Source: Massalongia carnosa
Lineage: Eukaryota
DNA: 64,000 bases
Reading direction: 5' to 3'
Assembly (NCBI GenBank): GCA_965645245.1
Contig: OZ287078.1
Location: 620,001-684,000, forward strand
Below, in pieces: positions 12,365 through 23,000 of the stretch. The notes below the pieces were generated by a model. That model was not told where the DNA came from. It ran no database searches and saw nothing but the letters and a program-made list of their open reading frames with translations. Both the position numbers and the translations under genes were made by a program. Each line of letters begins with the position of its first letter. Position 1 is the first letter of the stretch.

Positions 12365-13070
12365 TCTTTTGGGACAATCGATTGTCATTTCTGAACGTTT
12401 GTTAACACAATTATAAACCTCGTTTGAACGTTCAGAGCATATTGAACTGAAACGTCGAAATCATGTTTCGAAGGACTTCTTTCACCTTCATCGGAGTCTT
12501 TCATAATGACTATATCTCCACCATCTTCACTTTCTTTTCGGCCTCCTCGTCCCCCTCGTCCCTCTCGTCCCTCTCGTTCTTCTCCCCCATCTCCGTCATT
12601 ATCGTTTCCTGCCGGTTAACATCGTTCCTTTAGTTCGGAGTTTTCAAACTCAGCCTCTTGTCAGCTTTCGCTTTTTGTTCTTCGCCTCAATCGGACGACT
12701 TCGTCTTTTTTAAGCGCAGCAAGTAAAGAACCAAAACAAGAAAAACGATAAATCTGAAGATTAGGGTCTTTAGCTTCGTGCTGGCAAGGCGAAGGTGAAA
12801 AATGGAGAAGAGGGACTGTAAATGTGGATGAGGATTTAAATGAAGTGTCGAGTCTAAAGGTTCGAAAGAAATATAGCTGATATGCTGAAGGAAAGGATGA
12901 CTCGACTTGCGATAATCTGGGCGATAACTCCCTATTGTAGAACATTCGCGCGCCTTAGTTTTGGGAAGTGTCGAGGCCAAAGGGTTCGAATTTTTGATTG
13001 GCGGATATTTGTAATTTTGGGACCCTTCCCTGGGTGGAGCGGCGTAGCAGCATCTTAAAGGAATCAAGCG
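12365..13070 (-). mobile_element. Degenerate LTR-retrotransposon (Ty1/copia-like) gag relic
   Basis: Fragments across frames lie in gag order: helical segment (LSPRLSQVESSFPSAYQLYFF), LLAALKKDEVVRL, decayed RGG tract (EREGREGRGGRGGR), and a zinc-knuckle remnant (VYNC...IDCPK, 12366-12420). Contains stops and frameshifts; no LTRs found. Confidence 0.45.
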
Positions 13071-13899
13071 ATAGCAGGATTCTTCAATCGATCTCTACCT
13101 CGAACAGATTTGCCCAACATCAGAAAGTCAGAAAGTCAAATCAACCTGATCAGTCAACAATCCTGTTTTTTTCTTCTTTCTTTTCTAAAGCGGTATTACG
13201 GGGGATTGACCCATCCGCCGCGGACCCTGGTGCAGAGCGGGGAAATGACGAGTTGGTCTGGTGAGGTTCCAGGAAGGAGGATTTTTTATCGGAATGGGTC
13301 AGTAAATAGGCTTTGTCGATAGGTGGGGGAGGTGGGGGAGATGGGGGAGTTTTGTGCAGGAGAAGGAGGGGGGTTGCTTTTTACAGCTAGTTATATATTA
13401 ATCGCAAGTCCGACGCGAGCTTTTTTTGTAACATGCCCAAGTCATGACATATGGAAGGATCCGTCTCCCTGGCAGCTTTATGAGTGGAGCGGTGAAAGGG
13501 AATGGAATCATATGCAGTAGTGTTGGTGCTGTTTCTATCAAGAAAGTGGTAAAGAATAACTCCTCTGGAGGACTTTGATATTATGATATTTCGATGAAAT
13601 ATCTACTTAGTCAGTGTGCCCGATAGGGACTTATCGCGTTTTTCCCCTGTAGCTGGTTTTTTTATCCAGTATGTGTGATAAATGACGAGAAGGTTGCACA
13701 AGGGTGGCCCAGGAAAGAAGAGAACCCCCCCCCTTTCGGGTAGTTATGTACGTCATCTGAACCAAGCTTGCTTGCCTCCTACAGTAGTTGAGATAGCTAT
13801 ACTTCTAGTGGTTGTGGCATTTTCAATAACAAGTATTCTGCACATAATCGGAGTTAGCTAATGCAGTAGGTCGGGTAAAAGGTAGTTGAGATACCTACC

Positions 13900-14625
13900 T
13901 ATACCGAAACGAGTCTGGGGGTGCAAGAGCAGGTCGGGAGAGATGGACCTGATGGTTGTAAAATATCCCAACAAGTTTCGAGAGCAGAGGAATGGTAGCT
14001 ATTACTAATGAATGAACTGGCTAGGGAGATTCCGAAGTCAGCAAGAAGATTTTGCGACTGGGCAGGTTGCATAACTGAAAGCCCAGAGCGTTTTATATAT
14101 GAGAAGAGCATACATAGGAAATATGGAAATGCTTTGTAATGAAATCTAGCAGACCTAAACTTGAAAGATCCGGCTTCCAGTTATAGACCTATATGTAAAG
14201 CGATGGTCAAGAGATAGTAATCTTCTGCGACTTTGCTCAAGCAGTGGAAGGACTGATCAGTTATGCGCACTAAGCTGCAAGCTAAGTGCGACCTATTCAT
14301 AACCTATGGTATGAGAACACTCTGTGTTTCAAGCCATCTGAAATGTCTTGGATGATGGATCCAAAGTCCGTGCCACGGTCATATACTGTAAGATATTCAC
14401 ACCCTCGAGTTTTCCATGTAATTAGAATTTGAAGGTTTGCCGAACCAACGTGCCCTTCATCACCATTTACAAGTACTGGGTCTCAATCGCCATGGGCGAG
14501 GTCTGGATGCTGCGCAGGATTAATTTTCCCTTATTGATACACTCCTTGCCATCAGCTAGGGAGCTTACCAAAAACTCTGAACCGCCTTGCATCTTTCGCA
14601 TGGACTGATAGTCGCCTATGAACAT
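13900..14625 (-). pseudogene. Possible decayed Ser/Thr protein kinase
   Basis: Colinear kinase-like remnants across frames: YQSMRKMQGGSEFLVSSLADGKECINK (subdomain I-II-like), EYLTVYDRGTDFGSII (hinge-like) and NLLADFGISL (DFG at 14039-14031). Many stops. Confidence 0.35.
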
Positions 14626-15445
14626 TCCTTGAAGGAGTTAAAAATTTTTTTAGCTAAGGTGTTTCATCAAGCTTCAATTCTTCACTAAGATCATCACTGT
14701 GATCTTTTGGATGCTAACTTTGATACTCGGGGCCTAGTTAGAGGCGAACTGACATGATCTGGAGCAGAGCCATGTGTGTTGTGACAGCCAGATCAATCGC
14801 AGTTGTTATTAGAATCCCATCTCTTATCCACACGATATCCGTATCCTTTACTTATACAAGATAGAAATGGGAATATTCCATACTCTGTATAAGGTATGAT
14901 TTAGAAAAAATGCTAAAGCAATCACTGGAATAAGGTCAACCCCGTTGGAGAGGTTGAACTCGCCTAGACTATCAACTTCTAGTAGCCGCCTTGTCAGCCT
15001 CGAGTATTATGAAATGCTTAAAGTTAAGATTTGCGGAATTAGTTTGAGACAAGTTATCCAAAAGAGACGACTTTACGACCAAGGAGAACCTATGAAGCCA
15101 TAATGGAGGCGTAATTCGCGGGCTCCATCGTGTCAGCTGAACATATACATAATTTCTATCTATGTTTGGGCAACTCTCTCCCCTCGCTGCTGCCCTGCTG
15201 GCGCTCAGTTTTGCTGAGGGCCCCTCCTATAATGGCTTTGTTTTGGCAGCAGTGAGGGGAAAAACTCCATCTACCTATGCGGCTGATTCAGGGAGTGGGG
15301 TGGGTGGGCAAAAGACCTTTTGGTGCTGAACTCCGAATCAATGGTGATGATGAGGAGAAGAGTGCCAAAAGGCCACCTATTTATGCCCTTTCTCTCCCTT
15401 GCTTGTCCAACTATTTTGGACATCATCCTCCTTTGTCCTTCGGCG

Positions 15446-15546
15446 GCCTTCGTTGGCTTGTTCGCGGCCTGCCTCCACTCGGTCCTTCGGCTATCTACGG
15501 CCTTCAGCCTTCGTCGGCTGTTTCGCGGCCTGCCTCCACTCGGTCC
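15446..15546. repeat. GC-rich ~40-bp direct repeat, two copies 61 bp apart
   Basis: TTCGCGGCCTGCCTCCACTCGGTCC is exact at 15461-15485 and 15522-15546, with a similar GCCTTCGTYGGCT upstream of each copy. Confidence 0.8.
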
Positions 15547-16015
15547 CGGCATTACCTTTCGCCTTAGCCGAATTACTCTTATTCCGAGATCATAAATTAG
15601 CTGCTGTAGTTAACTGCTTGACATCTTGATTCTCACGTGATTTTGTGTACTCCATAATTACCTAAGCGCTTTGGGGCACGCCTGAATCATAACTGAATTT
15701 CCTCCATAAAGGCCGAGCGTTATTAGCTACTAGTCCCTTGGACTGAGATATGTATTTTCTGACGACTAGGGTTTAATGTTGCGCGCGAAAGAATCCCAGT
15801 CGCTCATGCCTCAGTAACGCATGATGAAACTGGTATTGACAACCCAACGAGTCTATTCAAGCTCTCCTGCTTCCTTCATGGAAAATGGCAGGAAATAACC
15901 CGGCAACGGGCGTGAAAAATGCCGATTCCGGGGCTTGAGAAGGCCGCGTGAAAACATGCACGAGAGAATTTGTTTGTAATCCCCCCCTCTATGGCCCTCC
16001 GCCTGTATCACCTAT

Positions 16016-19000
16016 CTAATGCCGTAAATACTCCGCAAAAATATGCTTGACCTCTGGGCTCAACCTCTTCTCCGCAAAATTTGTCACTCTTCCTTGTAGC
16101 CTAATATCTGCATCTTTCAGATATGCCCCAACCCAGGCTTTGATGTCCGTGATTTCCGGCCACTGATCTCTTATAGGCCGTCGGATGGTCGTTAGCTGCG
16201 TGAAACCCACCCCAAAAGCCATATCGTCAACGTCCTGGTCGACAATGAGGTCATCCGTGGCCGCAGGAGTAGGGGGGTTTTCAAGCAGCTTGAGCAATCC
16301 TTCACACGTGAAACCCCACCCCTTGTTATACTTTTCGGCAAAGGCAGTGGAGCTGGTGAGGGTTTTGGTGAGGGAGATAACGGCGGTTTTGCGGTCTAGG
16401 GGCCTCACAAGTTTCGGCGTGCTGGGAAGAATAACACTTAAGTAGAGAGGAACAAAGATCCTTTTCTCCAGGCATGATTATCAGAAAACTTCTTGAATGG
16501 TTTGAAAGGGGGGTAGTTCAGGGAATGGATGATCTTACCCGGCTTGGAGCTGTTCTGTGGTATTGATGAAAAAGTCGGCTCCAAGACCTTTGTCGTCTTT
16601 TGCAGAGATGAAGTGGTAGAGTCGGACGAAGCGGGAATTGAAGACCTCAGTTTTGGAGTTTTGAAGCCGAGTAAGGAGAACCTGGAGAATCGTAATATAA
16701 TAGCTCTGTAGGGTGCTCCTGACTAGTATATTAGTCCAGTACCTCTTTATCATAAAATGAAGATGGCTCACGGTGAAAAGTTCGAGATGATACATTCTAA
16801 GAGTTCGAAGCCATACGTCTCATGTTGCTTCGTGCTAACCAGTTGTTGAAATATTAATAGCAGCGGTTCTAGCTGATCGTTCTTGACCATGCCGGAAGCT
16901 CCTCGGGGTATCATCGATGAAAGTAACCGGACAAGAGCTGGGACGTTGCCTTTTGAAACCCAAAGCTCAGGCCTGAGAATAGGAGGTATTAGGGATTGAT
17001 AGTATTCTGAAAGAGACCCCGAGGGATTGGCCTCGAGTAAAGCACCAAAGAGTTGAAACACATAGGGCACAAATTCTGGCCTGTTGTCAGTCTCTGAAAG
17101 TTCAGTTAACGGGCCATAAGCCCCTACCTAGTACATCGTTCTGGAGAATGCTTGTGAATGATGGATAAAATCTGGTCTCAAATTTGTCGGGTTGTGATGG
17201 GCCGCCAAATCTGGCAAAGTCAGTGTACATTATCCCTGCGACGTCATCAATGCCTACCGAATCAATGCACCTATAGCCTCAAAATGATAATAATAAAACC
17301 GTGGATTGCTTGGATTCTGACTGATGACCTGTGTAATCTTGATCAGGTGAGCAAGAACGCTATCGATGATTGGAAGTACGCCATCTTTGACTACGATCAA
17401 CACTCTCATTACACATCGCATGAGAAACTCGTTCTCCTGTAGTTTTAGTGGGTTAGAGTTCTTCTCTATTAGCTGGAAAAGATGTTGAACCAGCTGAGCT
17501 GATAATGACTTTACATCCAACTGGTTGATAATAGGTTGATTTAGATCATTAGTAAGAGCCATGACTCGCTCAAGGGCAATTGCAGAATATGTATAGACAA
17601 CATAGTCAGAAGACCCCAAATGCTTAACCAACAAAGGAAAAGCATCATGCCACTGTTCTTTTGTAATTAGACTTCTGAATGTGTACAGATATTTGATTGC
17701 GTCAACCTTGAGGATCGGCTCGACACCCGTGTCCGCTACCAAGTCCTTTGCGATATTTGCTTGGAAGAATTCTATGACACTGACGAAAGCGTGGGCGCTC
17801 GTAACACCGTGGCTTGTAGTAACTGCTCCCTTTGCAGTGATTGATGAGTAAAGATAAACGGCAGTATCTTTGGATTTCCAGTTCGCCTTGGGATTCTTGG
17901 AGTATTCGCTCAAATATTGATCAATATATATGAACACAGTCTTCGCTACAATCTTCTCAAATTGATAAAGTAGTTGCCGGAGGAAATCTGTTGCGGCTCT
18001 TCGTCGGGTGTCACTATCTGACCCTTCTAGGTCTCTCCGAATGAATTCGATGGGATCATCTTCAAATAACTCAATGTCAGAATCCCGCAAAATGAGGTTG
18101 GGCAAGATTACCCGTTCTACAACTTGTCCGAGAGTAGCCTCGCTATTGAAACTCTGCGCATGTTTGGCAATTCGAGCGACGGATGTTAAGAACTGTAATG
18201 CTTTGCTGACAAGGATATCGTACTTGGTTACAGGTTCGACGGCGGTCAGTAGGTTCCATGAGCTCTCAACAAACTGCTCCACATAGTCACCAAATGCGTC
18301 CTCATATTTTTGTACGTAGAGGCTCAAAACTTCGAATATGCCTGACTTGACAAGCTCTAGTGGCCCTGCGTCGTTTTCATCATCCGTTTGTAACAAAGGA
18401 TTTTCGTACGTTAGATACTTGTGTAGCAAGGAGGTTATGGCATGAAGATTATTTTCAAATATTGGAGGTAAATCCTGGACCGAGAGATCGTAAAAGAGCT
18501 TGATTGTGAGATTAAGGGTAGCGAAAAGCTGCATTAACAGTGGCTTATTTGATTGATTGGTCTCAATCAGGTTGTCTGTATGCTAATAGGATGTAGTATT
18601 TTTGTTAGTATGGGAAATAGTTTCGACGGGTACTTGGCTATTGAGTCGGCTTACCTCGAGTAAGGTCAAAAAGGGGGCACCAAATTTGCCCAATACATGG
18701 TTGATCTCTGTGAACAGCTCATCCGTGCGATATAGAGGCCGCCATCGCTTAAAGATAGAATGAGCAACTTGAAGCACCCCATTATTTATGACAGGATTAT
18801 CTGGAGTAAGACGTGATACAAGATCCTGCTAATATTAGTCTTCTAGCATTTCTGGGCATTCTAACACAAGACGTACGTCTACCAAAGTGTCCCACCGCTC
18901 CCAAAAGTCACTGTCTGCGATCACTCCAATTGCATCACCCAATTGATATTGAATGTTTGGTGGAACAGAGATCATAAGGCCAATCAGCTCTTGCTTGATT

Positions 19001-19362
19001 GCACTGACTTCATTGAGCGGGAGCTTGTAGTTGCCTTCGTCATCCTGGGTCCCACGTTAGCAATACAATGGCAACGGAGTATTCTTGTGAACTTACTGTC
19101 CAGTTTCTCTTGATGTAGTTCTTAAAATATAAAGCGCTGGCCAGCCGAGCTGTTGCCCCACAATTTTCGGCTGCTACGACTTGAAGTAAAGAGACAGAAA
19201 AGCCCGGCTTTTCCTCTGCCTGTGAGATCGCCACCTCCGCTACGTCAATAATTAGTCGTAGAAGAGAACTGCCTGACTTGTACGAGGCTAACCCTGTTTG
19301 TTTTTTGCAGGATCGAGACTCGCCTCCAGCACCTGAGCCAGGCCTTGTAAATCGGAGGCCAT
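16016..19362 (-). CDS. CSE1: Importin-alpha re-exporter Cse1/CAS (exportin-2), multi-exon
   Basis: Start MASDLQGLAQVLEASLDP. Motifs RLASALYFKNYIKRNW, LFEDDPIEFIRRDLEGSDSDTRRRAATDFL, ENEFLMRCVMR, NPSNPRFYYYHFE, PYVFQLF, GNVPALVRLL and FGVGFTQL. Canonical introns join the listed ORFs. Confidence 0.96.
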
Positions 19363-20000
19363 ATTTTCCCAAGCGCTCAAGAAATGGAGGCAAAATGTTG
19401 TGTCATAGAATTAACAACCTGTAAGTTGTTGCCAATCTAGCTCATGGAGCACACCGTAAATCGAGACCAGGATGTGAATGGAATGCCGGAAGGGAAGTTC
19501 TTTTGGCCGTTACCCGTCACTAATGAGTAGCTGCCGCAATAGCTTATGAGCACGGGCCCGGTCTCTTTAACTTCCTCCTCTCCATCATCTATCTCAAAAT
19601 GCTTTTAGACCAGGATGACAAGGACCTAAAGCGTGAAAGAATTGAAGAATTGGAAGAAGAAACTTGTTTTAGTTACTCACATCGACATATAAAAGAGATT
19701 GTCAATGAGGCTTGACAACTCCATTCGGCTGGCAAACCCTTCATATTGCCGAATAACTGTGTGGTAAGTGGAAGACTTTCCTCAAGCTTATATGTTTACT
19801 TTAGAAAAACGGTGCTATTCTAATACATAACGATGTCGCTACAACCCTACTACTGTCTAGCTTCGTTCTTTCCCACAATGCAGTTTCAATTTTTATGTCA
19901 TCTTGGCACCCCACCTCTTACGCCCCAATTATTGCCAACCTATTTCCTCTATTCCCTCAACATAACCCAGGGCTCCACTCTGTATGCTCACTTACTAAAC

Positions 20001-23000
20001 ATGAAACCTTGGTCGCTAGGCCGAGCGAGTGCTCAACCCCCCGTACCCAGTAGGCAGCTCGACCAGAAAGTCTACGGGCAGATATACGGTGAGACATCCG
20101 CCCATATTTTGGCAGGTCCTATGAGTGCAAAGGACCCATCTATTGCGCCTGACAACAATGTCCCGGCTCCTACGTTCACCGAGAGGGTCAGAGATTTTGC
20201 TATTGGGCGGAGAAGCCTTAAATCTTTACGAGGAACTAAAGGCAAGAACACAGGCACTAACGTGCTAGAAACTACCTCAGATGCGGCACAGGAGAGCAGC
20301 CATAGCGGTTTTCTGGATCCTGATACTTTGTTTAAGGACAAGTACTTACTACGATTAGATGCACGCCAACCCCTCAGGTATAGGATTCAAGCATTGAAAG
20401 AAGCATGCGAAGAGATAGAAATTCATTCTGGAGATATGCTTTTAGCTATATTAATGGTGGCAAAAGATTTCACATCTGGAACAGCCCCCTTGGATATCCG
20501 CATTGCAGGCTATGATCTTTTACTAGCTTCTGCCGGCCATACTGGCCTTGATACTGGCGAACGCCTAAAGTTCTTCAATTTGATCATAATCCCGTTACCA
20601 TCATCTCACGCGAACCTACAAGTACTCGCTTTAGAAAAATTGACTCAGGAAGGGCGGCTGCTATCTCCTTTTGAGACGCAACTCGTCCATTTCCTCAATG
20701 GTCTTGTGAAGGAAGTTTTCGACGCTGCTGTACAGGCTCGTTCCATGCGAAAGAGACAGGGATCCTTGCGATCCAATGACCCTATCGGCGAAGAAGTCAG
20801 TCTTACAAGCCTCCTAATCCTTATAGAAAAAATCGTCAGATTCAACCCCGATGTATTCCAGCAGGAAGCACTAGCGTTGCTCATCAATAGAATGCTATCA
20901 ATCTTCACAAAGACAACAGTACGCGATGACATCAGCAAAGCTTTAGTGATATTTGAGCTACTTATAAGCTCGCCTTATCTACCAGTAACTAGCGTGGAAC
21001 CATGCGTCGAGATCTTGTGTGCTATGTCCGGTAATCCTAGTATGACCTCAGAAAAGCCAACAGGATGTCTGCACATTTTATTGACGCGTGAGAGTCGAGG
21101 CGCAACCCTTGAAACATTGCTTAAATTCCTGTCCATCAAACCAGAGGAGCGGAAGCCACATGTTGTTTTCGGCGCATTTTCCGCTGTAGACCATGTATTA
21201 GCGATGAATGGTGCGGACAATTTTCCGATAATCTCTCTCCAACCTTTGTCGGTTGCGCTTATAAGCCTCTGTCGGAGCAGTCACGGTTTCACTTCGGACT
21301 GTTTACGGGTAGCTGGACGCTTACTACATGACGACCACAGCAATTATGATCTTTTTGGGGAGAATTGGGTAATTGTTGAGAGCACCCTTCATGAGTTTGC
21401 AAATATCGCGAATGAGCTATCAAGATCTCATCGCAGCGCCTTAGGTTTCCGAACTAGTGTTACTTCATCGTCACCTTTTGACAGATACTTCTCAACGCGT
21501 TGGTCGAAACTATACGCGAAGGAATTCAAAATTCAAGAGAGGCTGCGAAATATTGCATCCGCATTTGAGAGCCGGTGGGATAACCTCGATCGAAATCAGA
21601 AATCGTTTACAGTGAATATATTTTTGATATTGGAGCCATATGTGGATGATGATATCTTAGATCTCGTGATTTATTTCCTGGCAAATGAGCGTCTAATTTT
21701 CCCACCGGACGAAAACTGGACGCGTCACCTTGAATTATTGGTTCATCTAATATTATTCGAGCCATCCAAGACAGAGTCAACACGGGGCAAAGCGCTACAG
21801 ACGGTCATGGAAGTGCACGCTGCTGTACAAACCGATCCAGAAAGCCTCTCTCTATTCGACGAGATTGGGCTTCGCATCGTCCGTAGAATGATGGCCGAAG
21901 ATAAGGTGCAGGTACTTAGCGCAATGGCCGATTTCAGCACACAATATGCAAAGGACGCCAGCATGGAGGTCTTTGATTCGGTGATTGGAATATTCTGTCA
22001 GCTGATTGGAGTACATCAGGTTATGGAATCATCAACCCAGACATCCATATCATATGAGCTCATGCCAGAGTTTACAACCTGCCTCGTACGGTTATTTCTT
22101 CATTGTCTTCCCCTTTCGGCGGAGAAAACTTCAAAGATCTTTAAAATACTAGTCGCTATTGCTGCCAATTCCGATAATCCAGCCAAAGGGAGGTTGGCTG
22201 CAATAAAACTCCTCTCACGTATTAGGTGCAATGCAAACCATGCTATAAAGATTGTCAACATGCCGGACAGTCAAGGTCTTGCAGCTGCGCTCTACAGGAC
22301 CGAAAGTTCGGCTTATATGCAGCCCACGTCCCAAATTCCTCCAAATCGGGTATCCTTTGCTGAAGAATTCCATCTGCCACGCACAGGGCGCACCAGTGCA
22401 ATTGGGTCTTCGCGCTCTGATCGTTCGCGGTCGGCGACTAGGTCGGCAAGCGGCAAGGAAAGATTACCAAGACCGACACCGCCTTTATGGCTCTATGGAG
22501 ATTCCAAGGGGCTCCCAGAAGATCCACCGTCTGAAGCTAGTTTGGTCGTTTACGCATCAAGTAGTAATTCAAATGCGCTGCACATACTTGAAATAAGCTT
22601 ATGGATGGACACGATTAACGATGTATTGGCGAAGGGCGATGACTGGGAAATCTACAGCTACCTGTTGGTACATTTACCATCTCAATTAAGCAATGCATCG
22701 CTATTTAATTGCGAAGCAAAACACATCCAAGATCTACATAGTCTTGTGGTCTCACAGCTTCAGACTGGCAAATTGCAAATTCCACCAGCTAGTACTGGGG
22801 TGAAGCAAGGGGATGTGGCGCTGTGCCTATTTCACTCCCTTACAATGCTCATAAGTTACCGTGAGCGTTTCACCAAGAAACAACTAGATGAGACCGTTCG
22901 AACCTTCTTGAGGGGCATGGAAAAATGGGACGGGGCAAGAAAGTGCTGCATTCACGCACTTGTCCTATGCTCGCATGAGCTGCCATATCACCTTGATAAA

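Noticed and set aside
19833..20000. N-terminal 56 codons of the TSC2 ORF
   Set aside because: Pyrimidine-rich and UTR-like; downstream ATGs at 20001 or 20121 are more plausible starts.
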